IMG/VR virus record: IMGVR_UViG_3300017912_003172
Location: 1-41,951 of that record
Reading direction: 5' to 3' (one strand)
DNA from: a virus
Lineage: Duplodnaviria > Caudoviricetes
Length of the DNA stretch: 41,951 bases
Below are positions 20,501 to 28,888 of this stretch, piece by piece. The notes under the pieces were generated by a model that saw nothing but the letters and a program-made list of their open reading frames with translations, was not told where the DNA came from and did no database searches. Both the position numbers and the translations under genes were made by a program. Positions within the stretch are counted from its first letter, which is position 1. The number at the start of each line of letters is the position of its first letter.

Positions 20501-22063
20501 ATGAAACGTGGTTTGTCAGGTCAAACAATAAAAGTAAATGTTGGTCCACCCGAATATCTAGGTACAGGTTACAGATATTACTATAACGGTCAGATTGATC
20601 TAGCGTTTAATGGTTTTGATGAGCGTCAATACATCTTCGAACAGAACGATGCATCCAATGTTGGCCATCCGATGTACCTTGCTACAACTAGGGGTGCAAT
20701 TGGTGGAACTGATGAATTTTCCACTGGTGTAACTTATTATCTAGATGGTGTTGCACAAGTTAACTTAGCAGCGTATGTTTCAGGATTTGCAGCTGCAACT
20801 GCTAGAGAAATAAGATTTAAGATTCCTGCAGGACAAAGTGGTTCACAGCCATCAGTATACATGTGCTGTTATAACCATTCAAATATGGGCGCAGGTCAGT
20901 TATTCATCAACGCAGCAAGTCCAACAGAAAAAGAAAGATTTATTGGTAACCATCCAACATTTTATCCATTCAATAATGGTGACACAATTACAGCTCAAGA
21001 CAGTCAATCAGCTGACTTGGCTGGAAATGGAAACCTAGGTCAATTTGGTTTCTCACTTGTTCTAGGTGGATTGAAAGAAGAGCCAAGGGCTGGTGGTAGT
21101 ATTCAGTTTACAACTGGTCCAGCATATGATAGTGATAACACAGCTTACGCAACAAACCCAAGATTAGGTGATGATAATCGTAGTTACATCATTACAACAG
21201 TATCCGGATATGACTCAGACAATGATCCAAGAATTGGTGGTACAGCTACTCTAACACTAAGCCAAGAGAAGTTAAACACTTCACCAGCATATTACGGTCA
21301 GCACTTTAATATTAGATACAACTACTCGCAAGTTCGTATGACAGGTCATGACTTCTTGAGTATTGGTACTGGTGGTAAGACAACTACTAACTATCCAGGT
21401 GAACCAACTCAGGCAGCATCACAAGGTAACGAAGTTACAGAGACACTTCCAGGTCGTGTTTACTACGCAAGTACAGACCAAGATGGTAACTTTAGAGTAG
21501 GTAACTTCTTCAGAATTGATCAGGCAACTGGTCGAGCAACATTGGATGCAAGTGCATTTGACCTTTCTGGTTTGACATCATTGAGACTAGGTTCAATCGG
21601 TGCTCAGTTGGGTGAAAGTATTAACGAATTTAGTTCTGATGGTACTCTATCTGGTAACAGTAACACAGCTGTTCCAACAGAACAAGCTGTTAAGACATAT
21701 GTTGATACAGCATTTGCAAACTTAGATGCAGATAGTGTTGGATTTGATCCATCAGTAGCTGATGTATTTACTGCAACAAATGTTCAAGGTGCAATGCTAG
21801 AATTAGCAAACAACCTTGGTGCAGGATCAGGTACACCAACATTTAGTGATTCAAATGTAACACTCGATTCTGCAAGTGGACTATATACATCTGCAACAGT
21901 TGGTGATATCCAATACACTAATATTACATATGAAGATGCTGGTTATGCGTCAGGTAATTTCAAACGAATAACATCATATAACGAAACAGTAAGTGGTTCA
22001 ACAACACTTGTTACTATTACTTACAATACTGATGGTTCAGTTAACAGTATTACCAATGTATAG
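17564..22063 (+). CDS. Large fibre/spike protein: N-terminal CBM5/12-like repeats, beta-helix-like core, inserted FCCH-like and cupredoxin-like domains
   Basis: IDLGKLRF start, seven W...T.Y...D.V.YGG..Y repeats, ATIFVKDGTYSEQLPI (pectin-lyase-like entry), SPYI, YSQVRMTGHDFLSIGTG, STDQDGNFRVG, AVPTEQAVKTYVD. Confidence 0.8.
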   Translation: MATIIDLGKLRFHFAGEWSNSTTYEINDIVKYGGNVYVYSNIARSSGNLPTDDAYWALMVEGFKFRSDWDASTQYRIGDGIAHGGVVYIAIADSQNQVPPNATYWSQFADGIQWEGEWNTTTAYQASDVVKYGAQAYIAKQDVPAGTDPSSLTFWDTFVSGISAEGVYNAGTAYVDGDLVAYGANIYRCIANSTGNLPTDPLFFELFSTGNDFRGVWASTTQYLIGQTVRYGGNVYEAKRDTIGDVPDTSTDDWEQFTTGISNRGTWTTATEYHINDVVAHGGNTYIVLISHTAGVFATDLAAGKWEKFNSGVRYMGAWTSGTEYLKDDIVSESVSTYIATQDHTAGADFFVDFNTNGYWNNFVVGASYVLPSTTGNAGKYLQTPDGTNYSWQFAGANDKIFYVSEDATSSADDSDHGQAVDYAFASLRFACDFISADIANRTPATIFVKDGTYSEQLPIYIPPEVTIVGDGQRNCIIQPDTTSDIGFGAGISGDGVTPNNQQTMFFVNTGTMIEGLNLKGLTGFALGTTTPTDPNDATIGGVYFRLTPGATILKSPYIKESSAFSSGGVGAIVDGSVVATGTAGSMVFHTYTQVHDGGIGFWIKDNGLAEIVSCFTYYCDMGYVSSGGGKIRSLNGNNSYGTYGTISTGYDSDELPVNGYMYGDTLTYDPATLNTSEGFTVNDTITGPTKTGSRIVTDLSIASQAAVTTRKTATVSAATAANPGQITTATAHGFENGQSISFSGVGGMVELNGNSYTITVVDSTNFTIGVDTSAFTAYTSGGLATLGGGHGLSSGDAITFSNVGEAAWSALLGDFAANDKRQWYADVQDSDTFKLTTNYDLTNYFDTRSEAGWGYVIVNFTDATRSNPVRVTAAGHGFTSGDLMTEVSGVVGMTELNGNDYYVSVVDANTLDLYLDAGLTSGVNGVAYGAYVSGGNGTRTLTGTTLTACDFRVDDAVSAVVKNIQTNLTVNHRLVISDMKRGLSGQTIKVNVGPPEYLGTGYRYYYNGQIDLAFNGFDERQYIFEQNDASNVGHPMYLATTRGAIGGTDEFSTGVTYYLDGVAQVNLAAYVSGFAAATAREIRFKIPAGQSGSQPSVYMCCYNHSNMGAGQLFINAASPTEKERFIGNHPTFYPFNNGDTITAQDSQSADLAGNGNLGQFGFSLVLGGLKEEPRAGGSIQFTTGPAYDSDNTAYATNPRLGDDNRSYIITTVSGYDSDNDPRIGGTATLTLSQEKLNTSPAYYGQHFNIRYNYSQVRMTGHDFLSIGTGGKTTTNYPGEPTQAASQGNEVTETLPGRVYYASTDQDGNFRVGNFFRIDQATGRATLDASAFDLSGLTSLRLGSIGAQLGESINEFSSDGTLSGNSNTAVPTEQAVKTYVDTAFANLDADSVGFDPSVADVFTATNVQGAMLELANNLGAGSGTPTFSDSNVTLDSASGLYTSATVGDIQYTNITYEDAGYASGNFKRITSYNETVSGSTTLVTITYNTDGSVNSITNV
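17609..18660 (+). repeat. Seven ~50-aa tandem protein repeats (WxxxxxYxxxDxVxYGGxxY)
   Basis: Visible in the translation: GEWSNSTTYEINDIVKYGGNVY, SDWDASTQYRIGDGIAHGGVVY, GEWNTTTAYQASDVVKYGAQAY, and four more. Confidence 0.85.
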
Positions 22064-22067
22064 AATG

Positions 22068-22075
22068 TATAAATA
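22068..22075 (+). promoter_or_regulatory. T4-type late promoter TATAAATA
   Basis: Exact consensus, intergenic; SD AGGAG precedes the GTG at 22100. Confidence 0.85.
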
Positions 22076-22099
22076 CAATAAATTAGTAGGAGCTATAAA

Positions 22100-23101
22100 G
22101 TGGTAAACATTTTAAGATATAGCCAAGTCATGCAAGACAACGAAACACTGCGTGAACAGATTGAGGGTAATCCTGAAGATATTTTAAACGAATGTCCGTG
22201 GGATCCAACTGGGTGGACTTACATGCCACTGTTGGATGCAACAGATGTAGGAACAAACTATGTTTGTGTATATGATAGCGCTTCAAGCTTTGTCCGTTGT
22301 AATGCATCTTGTACTTGGACGGTCCCATCAGGAATTTCAAAAGTACAGTTCCAAATATGGGGAGCTGGAGCAACTGGTGGAGCAGCATGGTGTTGTGGTG
22401 GTGCACCGTTTGGCCAAAATGGATCATATGCAACAGTAATTATTGACGCTGTACCAGGATGTCAGTACGTACTTTGTGCAGGCTGCGCTTATTGTTGTTA
22501 TGCTCAACCCGGTGAATCTGGTAACTCACTGGGACAGTCGTCATACGTAACTGGATTTGGATTGTGTAATCTATGCGCGCAGGGGGGTTGTTCAAGCCTA
22601 TTCTGTCAAATGGGAGCGCTACATGGTGGTACCTATAGCTGCTGTAGATATCACGGAAATGATGATCCTAACCAAGCCTCCGGTGGATGTATTTGTGTGT
22701 CAGGTCGTTGGTTCTGTTTTAATAGCTCCTGCGCATCTTGTGGTGTTCTGGAATATGTATGCGGTAAATCAAAATATTATGGCTGCACAACAGCTGATGT
22801 GGGTAGTGCAACAGTATATGGCATTCCTGGAGTATATGCCGAAGGGTGTTTTGATCAAAACTTCTATGGATATTGGAAAGCTGCTCCTGTTGTTGATATT
22901 GATCACACAAAACGTACTGGTTCAGATTGTTGTATGACATGGACTTCAGGGGACTGTTGTGGTGGATGTAAGTGTAACGGATCAAACGGTATTTTCTGCT
23001 GGCCAGGTCAAGGACACTTTGGAGTGCAGGTAAATAGTGAAAGCACATGCTACTATGGAGATAGTGGTAGAGGCGGTATGGTAAGAGTTAGTTGGTGCTA
23101 A
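22100..23101 (+). CDS. Cys/Gly-rich putative fibre-tip adhesin (paralog 1)
   Basis: About 34 Cys in 333 aa by manual count. TWTVPSG...QFQIWGAG and GRGGMVRVSW delimit a glycine-rich domain. Confidence 0.7.
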   Translation: MVNILRYSQVMQDNETLREQIEGNPEDILNECPWDPTGWTYMPLLDATDVGTNYVCVYDSASSFVRCNASCTWTVPSGISKVQFQIWGAGATGGAAWCCGGAPFGQNGSYATVIIDAVPGCQYVLCAGCAYCCYAQPGESGNSLGQSSYVTGFGLCNLCAQGGCSSLFCQMGALHGGTYSCCRYHGNDDPNQASGGCICVSGRWFCFNSSCASCGVLEYVCGKSKYYGCTTADVGSATVYGIPGVYAEGCFDQNFYGYWKAAPVVDIDHTKRTGSDCCMTWTSGDCCGGCKCNGSNGIFCWPGQGHFGVQVNSESTCYYGDSGRGGMVRVSWC

Positions 23102-23132
23102 CTGATAAATAAGGTTGAAAAGAGGAACAACT

Positions 23133-23795
23133 ATGACACAAGATTTTACAATCAGCGTACCAGACCAACTTTGGGTTGACTCTTGGGCTGATGAAGCAAC
23201 AAAAACATATACATATGACGGTCCAGATACCGTTTATGTGGAAATACAAACTTCTGATTATGCAATTGTTAACACATCTACTGAGACGTTAACAGCTGAT
23301 GAAGGTAACACCTTCATAGTGGAAGTTACGGCAGCCGACTATCCTGAACGAGCTTTAATGGTTGTTGAAGGAAATGATACTGAAGGGTATACTCATACTT
23401 TTGAGGATGAAACACAATTCGATGGTTCAACTTACAATAAGATTACAAACCCAAGACTTAGCGATTATTTTGAAATGACATATCAACCGGTCCCAGCTGA
23501 CCAGGATCAAGAACTAGGACTAAGCCTAGTTGTTAAAACAAAACCAAACGATTCGCCAGCAATGGTAGAGGCAAAGCGTAGACAAGCATATGTTCAGAAA
23601 TATGCTGATCAATATTCTTTTGATACAGATGATCAAACCGCGGTTGATAATTATCTAACTTCTATTGCTAGCCATATTACAACACTTTCAACGGCATATC
23701 CCTGGAAGTTTGATAATGGTGTACCAACAAGCAGTATTCCAAAAATTCCAGCAAGTCTAGTTGTGTTGTTTAATACTTTACCGATTGAGGGGTAA
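23133..23795 (+). CDS. Acidic hypothetical protein between the Cys-rich paralogs (possible fibre assembly chaperone)
   Basis: ATG at 23133 preferred (SD GAGG at 23122-23125). Helical C-terminus ending YPWK...P..P, reminiscent of Tfa-type chaperones. No Cys. Confidence 0.6.
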   Translation: MTQDFTISVPDQLWVDSWADEATKTYTYDGPDTVYVEIQTSDYAIVNTSTETLTADEGNTFIVEVTAADYPERALMVVEGNDTEGYTHTFEDETQFDGSTYNKITNPRLSDYFEMTYQPVPADQDQELGLSLVVKTKPNDSPAMVEAKRRQAYVQKYADQYSFDTDDQTAVDNYLTSIASHITTLSTAYPWKFDNGVPTSSIPKIPASLVVLFNTLPIEG

Positions 23796-23798
23796 AAA

Positions 23799-24848
23799 AT
23801 GGCCGATATTTTATTACATGCTGCTATCAAAGAAAATGATAGACTAAAGGTACTTGCTGAAGGTGGTGGTGCTAGTTTACAATCATTTGTAGATCCAACC
23901 CCTGCTTCAACACCTGGTGTAACTGCTGGGAGCACAGATACCTGTCCAGAAATGGTGCAACAGTGGGAGTGTTATCTAAAACCACTTGCAGCACCAAGAG
24001 CAACAGGATTCAAAGTATGTGACACATCTGGATATTATAGATGTGGCTCTGGTTGTAACTTCTGTGTTCCTGCAGGAGTAGACAAAGTACTATTTCAAGT
24101 GTGGGCTCCCGGTGGTGGTACCAGTAGTAACTGTTGTTGTGGTGGCGCGCCATTTGGTCCTTCTGGTGCTTTCTATATCACAGAAATTAACGTTGCTCAA
24201 GGTGAGTGCTACTGTCTCCGAGCTGGTTGTGCGTACTGTTGTTATGCATATCAAACAACTCCAGGTGGCAATAGTGAAGATTCATGTATCAGAAGTTGTA
24301 GTAATAACAAAATCTGTCTGAGAGTTATGTCCGGACAGTCGTGCTATCCTTGTTGGAATCAGGATGTGGGAAGTTCATTGGGGTGGGGCCAGTGGAATAA
24401 TTGCGCTCTCCCAACAAACGATGGATGTTCTGCCAACATGTGTTCAGGATGGAACTTCTGTTGGGATGGGAGTGAAGACAATATGTGCATCCCACATCTA
24501 TTCTCAAGCAGAACTTGGTGTCATGAAGATAACCAAAACGCAAAGAACTTTGGATATGGTATTCCAGCAATCTGGCCGTGGATGTGTATAGGTACTAGCG
24601 CAAACAGCGGACAGACCAAATCAATTTCTCCACCAATATTTGGTTTTGAGCAATGTACTTGCGAAGAAATTTGGAATGGTACAACATGTGCAGGCTGCTG
24701 CCGAGGTTCAGGTCCAACCGGAAGTGCAAGTATTCAGCAGATCCCATCTGCTGGTGGTTACGCTTCACAGGTGTACTCAGGCTGTAACGCTTGTGGTGGT
24801 GATGCTGGTGGTATGGGTATGATCTGTGTATCCTATAATTGCACCTAA
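23799..24848 (+). CDS. Cys/Gly-rich putative fibre-tip adhesin (paralog 2)
   Basis: About 35 Cys in 349 aa. Shares CCGGAPFG, AGCAYCCYA, YGIP and the terminal G.GG...VS with 22100..23101. Confidence 0.7.
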   Translation: MADILLHAAIKENDRLKVLAEGGGASLQSFVDPTPASTPGVTAGSTDTCPEMVQQWECYLKPLAAPRATGFKVCDTSGYYRCGSGCNFCVPAGVDKVLFQVWAPGGGTSSNCCCGGAPFGPSGAFYITEINVAQGECYCLRAGCAYCCYAYQTTPGGNSEDSCIRSCSNNKICLRVMSGQSCYPCWNQDVGSSLGWGQWNNCALPTNDGCSANMCSGWNFCWDGSEDNMCIPHLFSSRTWCHEDNQNAKNFGYGIPAIWPWMCIGTSANSGQTKSISPPIFGFEQCTCEEIWNGTTCAGCCRGSGPTGSASIQQIPSAGGYASQVYSGCNACGGDAGGMGMICVSYNCT

Positions 24849-24852
24849 CTAG

Positions 24853-24881
24853 TTGACGTTTTAGTAAACGTACTATATAAT
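24853..24881 (+). promoter_or_regulatory. Sigma70-type (early) promoter TTGACG-N17-TATAAT
   Basis: -35 at 24853-24858, -10 at 24876-24881, 17-bp spacer, intergenic, 29 bp before the ATG at 24911. Confidence 0.8.
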
Positions 24882-24910
24882 GATACAGTATGTAATTAAA
24901 GTGAGTTATC

Positions 24911-25837
24911 ATGAAGAAAGCGTTTTTTGTTAATGGAGGGGTCGGGCGTGTCCTATGTGCGATCCCAGCACTGGAATGGTACAAAGAAAATGTCGATCCA
25001 GATGTTGTCATTGTTGCTGAGGCCTGGGGTGAAATTTACTTAGCTAGCAAAACGCTAAGAAATAATGTTTACCCATCAAATCACAAAGATTTATTTAAAG
25101 AGAAATTAAAGGATAGGGATCTCCATTCTCCTGAGCCTTATCGTCTCAATGCGTATTTCACACAGAAATGTAATCTAATTCAAGCATTTGATATGTTGAT
25201 CAATGATCTCAGTGAAGTGCCTGAATCAAAACCGTTTAATCTTGAAATAAACAAAGTTGACCAAGCGTTTGGTTACAATCTAGTCAATCAAGTTAAACAA
25301 CAATTCCAAAAAGATAAAGTTATTGTGTTTCAACCATTAGGTTCAGGTGCAAAGCATGAAGGTCAATTTATTATTGATTCATCTGGTCGTTCGTTTGAGG
25401 TTAAGGATATTGCTCATGTTGTAAAAACTCTTTCTAAAGACTATGGAATTATAATGATGAGTAACATTGAGATACCAACTCATGAACCTATGGCCGCTGC
25501 TGTTCCTCAAGCAAACTTATTGCAATGGATGGGAGTAATCAACGCTTGTGATTATTTTGTAGGTTGTGATAGCGTGGGCCAACACTATGCTAATGCATTA
25601 GGTAAACCTGCAACTGTTGTCATTGGATCTACCTTTCCTGAAAACATATCGTATCCTGACAACAAAGATTTTACCATTATAGATAATGGATTAGGACGAA
25701 GAGAGTATGCACCATTTAGAGTTGCACATGATTTTGTTATTGAGCGAAACAATGAAGATCTAATGATCTTGGAAGACGAAACTTCTAAAAAAATTATTGA
25801 ATCTGTACATAAAGTGTTAAAGAAGAGAAAGAGTTAG
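24911..25837 (+). CDS. GT-B glycosyltransferase, family 9 (heptosyltransferase)-like
   Basis: N-terminal GGVGRVLCAIPAL, IVFQPLG, and CDYFVGCDSVGQHYANALGKPATVV, matching the GT9 DSxxxHxAxA motif. Confidence 0.72.
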   Translation: MKKAFFVNGGVGRVLCAIPALEWYKENVDPDVVIVAEAWGEIYLASKTLRNNVYPSNHKDLFKEKLKDRDLHSPEPYRLNAYFTQKCNLIQAFDMLINDLSEVPESKPFNLEINKVDQAFGYNLVNQVKQQFQKDKVIVFQPLGSGAKHEGQFIIDSSGRSFEVKDIAHVVKTLSKDYGIIMMSNIEIPTHEPMAAAVPQANLLQWMGVINACDYFVGCDSVGQHYANALGKPATVVIGSTFPENISYPDNKDFTIIDNGLGRREYAPFRVAHDFVIERNNEDLMILEDETSKKIIESVHKVLKKRKS

Positions 25838-25840
25838 TTT

Positions 25841-27652
25841 ATGGAAACTGGTTATATTCTGGGCATTGCCCGTGGTCATAATGGTGGAGCATGTTTGCTT
25901 AAAGATGGGAAGATCGTCTTTGCAATGGAAGAAGAGCGGCTCAGTAGGCACAAGTATGATGGTGGACCGTTTGCTACTTTAATGAAGGTTAAAGAGTATA
26001 CTGACAAAATTGATATGATGTTTGTTGCTCACACTCAAACATTGGAGAACACATGTGGTGAAGTAGACTTCACAGGTGATGATGTATACACAGGTTTAGC
26101 AAGAAAGATGGGATTAATTGCTAGGGACTGTGATCCTAAAAAGCACCCTCAAGTAGTTGATTTATCTACTAAACATCACATTACACATGCGGCTTCATCT
26201 TTTTATAGATCGGGTTTTCAAGATGCTGTAGCAGTAGTAGTTGATGGAGCTGGAACTGCAAGTTGGGCTGAATACATGAAAGAAGGTATTTGGTTATGGG
26301 AAACAGAAAGTATCATTGATTGTAGTTATCCTGCTAATTTTAAAACTTTATATAAACATCAAGGTTCGCGAGGTCCACACCCAACTACAATTGAGTTGGA
26401 GTCAGATAGTAAACGACTAGAAGAAGAAGGTACATTCATTAGTGTGATTAGTGATTCTCCTGGTATTACTAAAGTATATGAAGCTATTACTGAGTACTGC
26501 AGTTTTATGTGTATCGAAGCTGGTAAGACAATGGGTCTTGCACCATATGGTAAAGAAAATCCTAACATACCACCAATGTTTACTTCTGACTTTGCTGTAC
26601 CTTTAGCAAACCGTAACATGTTTGCAGCCTTGTATCCTCATGGAGCAGTGTTTAACTATATGTTGTTAGATAAACAATTTGCTGATGCAAACCAAGGAGA
26701 TTCTTCAGATAAAGTAACACGTTTACAATCACGTAGAGATATAGCATGGCACTGTCAAAGAGATACACAAGATCAAGTAGTTAATTTGATAAGAAAAGCT
26801 GTTGAGCTTTCTGGTAAAAAGAATGTTGTTATCTCTGGTGGATATGGTTTGAATTGTGTTGCAAACTATCATTACCTAGAAGCGCTAAAGGATGAAGATA
26901 TTAACATCTATGTTGAGCCAATCAGTAATGATGCAGGTACTGCTATTGGTGCTGCTATGCTTCAGTATCACTATATGAATGAAATTAAAAGTCCTGTATT
27001 TGATAACTCTGTATATCTAGGTCCTCAATATTCATATACAACTGAAGATTTAACAGCCGCAGCTGAGTCGTGTGGAGGAACAGTAACAGACGCTACACAT
27101 GAAGACATTGTCGAGTTAATGACTAACAAAAATATCGTGGCAGTGTTTCAAGGACGTAGTGAGAATGGCCCGCGTGCATTGGGGAACAGATCTCTTTTGT
27201 TTGATCCAACATTTGAAGATGGCAAAGATTTTGTCAACTTAGTCAAACGTAGAGAATACTTTAGACCGTTTGCTGGATCTATTCTTGCTGAAGATGTTCA
27301 TGAGTGGTTTGACTTGCGTGGAATGAAAGATAGTCCTCATATGATGTACGCAGTGAATTGTCAAGAAGGTGTAGCAGAAAAGATTCCGTCTATTATTCAT
27401 GTTGATGGAACATGTCGTATTCAAACCGTTGCTAGAGAAGACAATGAACACTACTATGACATTATCAAAGCATTCAAAGAGAAGACAGGAATTCCTATTG
27501 TTTTTAATACTAGCTTCAATCTTGGTGGCGAACCACTAGTCGAGACACTAGAAGATGCTGTCAGTACATTATCAGGTAGTGATATTGAATATCTTTATTT
27601 GCCTGAGTATGGTAAACTAATAACAGTTAAGAATATTAAGTTTGGTGGATAA
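25841..27652 (+). CDS. Carbamoyltransferase, NodU/CmcH/TobZ family, full length
   Basis: ILGI..GHNGG, EEERLSRHK, HHITHA, VVDGAG, GKTMGLAPYG, SGG.GLNCVAN, DAGTAIGA, GPRALGNRS, KRREYFRPFA, HVDGTCRIQT, NTSFN. Confidence 0.95.
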   Translation: METGYILGIARGHNGGACLLKDGKIVFAMEEERLSRHKYDGGPFATLMKVKEYTDKIDMMFVAHTQTLENTCGEVDFTGDDVYTGLARKMGLIARDCDPKKHPQVVDLSTKHHITHAASSFYRSGFQDAVAVVVDGAGTASWAEYMKEGIWLWETESIIDCSYPANFKTLYKHQGSRGPHPTTIELESDSKRLEEEGTFISVISDSPGITKVYEAITEYCSFMCIEAGKTMGLAPYGKENPNIPPMFTSDFAVPLANRNMFAALYPHGAVFNYMLLDKQFADANQGDSSDKVTRLQSRRDIAWHCQRDTQDQVVNLIRKAVELSGKKNVVISGGYGLNCVANYHYLEALKDEDINIYVEPISNDAGTAIGAAMLQYHYMNEIKSPVFDNSVYLGPQYSYTTEDLTAAAESCGGTVTDATHEDIVELMTNKNIVAVFQGRSENGPRALGNRSLLFDPTFEDGKDFVNLVKRREYFRPFAGSILAEDVHEWFDLRGMKDSPHMMYAVNCQEGVAEKIPSIIHVDGTCRIQTVAREDNEHYYDIIKAFKEKTGIPIVFNTSFNLGGEPLVETLEDAVSTLSGSDIEYLYLPEYGKLITVKNIKFGG

Positions 27653-27654
27653 TT

Positions 27655-28263
27655 ATGAAAACAGAATACATTTTTTCAGAACCTCTCTTAGTTGCTAAGA
27701 GAGATCTGGATTCAGAAGCTGTAACTAATGATGTTTTATCATTAATTGACAAAGGGCATGAATCTGCACGAAAGTCAGGTAAAGAGTTAGGGAAGAGAAT
27801 AAATCTCTTTCCTGAATTATTTGAAGAAAACGATCTGCCCCATTTAAAAGAAGTTATCGATTCTATTGTTCATGTGATAGATCAGTATCGTCTGAGCATC
27901 AATATGAAAAAATTAGAAATGAGCGCAATCTGGATTAATTTGAATGGCAGAGGTGGATACAATGAAAGGCATGCTCATCCAGGTAGTATGATTAGTGGGG
28001 TCTTTTACGTAAAAGTACCTGAAGATAGTGAAAGTCCTTTTTTACTATTTAAAAGTAGAGAAAGTACTGACTATGGTTTTTCTGATGCATTTATTAGTGA
28101 TAACGCACCACAACAAATGTATTCATCCATGGTCATACCTGCAGAAGAAGGTAAAATGATATTGTTCCCTAGTTATATTGATCATGAAGTTCCTCCTAAC
28201 AAGAGTGAGGACTATAGAATTAGCATTTCCTTTAATACGAGATTAGTAGATGAATCTAGTTAA
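27655..28263 (+). CDS. 2OG-Fe(II) oxygenase, TIGR02466-like
   Basis: WIN......N..HAHP.S..SGVFYV, G.MILFPSY..HEV, RISISFN. Confidence 0.88.
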   Translation: MKTEYIFSEPLLVAKRDLDSEAVTNDVLSLIDKGHESARKSGKELGKRINLFPELFEENDLPHLKEVIDSIVHVIDQYRLSINMKKLEMSAIWINLNGRGGYNERHAHPGSMISGVFYVKVPEDSESPFLLFKSRESTDYGFSDAFISDNAPQQMYSSMVIPAEEGKMILFPSYIDHEVPPNKSEDYRISISFNTRLVDESS

Positions 28264-28888
28264 GTTACCAGTAGGTCATTATCATGTTTGGACAGCCGAT
28301 CAATTAGATGGGTATGGATATAAACATTTAGAAGACATTATCTTGAACATGGTTAAGATGTCCGGTGAACAACCAGTTGAAAGAATCCTAGAGTGGTGCT
28401 CTGGACCTGGTTACATAGCGTTTGCGTTACGAACAATAAAATATGCAAAGGAATTTGTGTTATCAGATATCCATGAACCTTTGGAAGAAATTGTAAATAG
28501 ATCAATTACAGATAACGGGTTGGAAGATAGTATGCAATTTGTTTTATCTGATAACTTTAAAAGCATGCCAGAGCAAAAGTTTGATCTGATAGTGGGTAAT
28601 CCTCCTCACTTTAACTTTTTCTTACCAGATAGTGAAGAAGCAATTAAGTATGAAGAACATAGAAAACATATGGATATGGATTGGGAATGTCATCGCGACT
28701 TCTTTAAAAATGCCAAACAATATTTGGCAGAAGACGGTCAGATTATTCTGATGGAAAACGTGAAGGGTTCCAGTCCATCATTATTCTATGAAATGTTAAA
28801 AGATCATGGATTGCGTATAACTGATCACAAAATCAGTAAAGAGTGGCCAGACGACATTTGGTATCTCAAGGTACAGCATGCAATGTAG
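28250..28888 (+). CDS. Class I SAM-dependent N-methyltransferase (HemK/PrmC-like)
   Basis: Motif I LEWCSGPGYI and motif IV FDLIVGNPPHF. Confidence 0.8.
   Translation: MNLVKLPVGHYHVWTADQLDGYGYKHLEDIILNMVKMSGEQPVERILEWCSGPGYIAFALRTIKYAKEFVLSDIHEPLEEIVNRSITDNGLEDSMQFVLSDNFKSMPEQKFDLIVGNPPHFNFFLPDSEEAIKYEEHRKHMDMDWECHRDFFKNAKQYLAEDGQIILMENVKGSSPSLFYEMLKDHGLRITDHKISKEWPDDIWYLKVQHAM

Noticed and set aside
22100-24848. Diversity-generating retroelement (template/variable repeat) between the two Cys-rich genes
   Set aside because: Similarity is at protein level with synonymous differences at all bases. I saw no near-identical ~100-bp repeat with adenine-specific mismatches, and there is no reverse transcriptase in the window.
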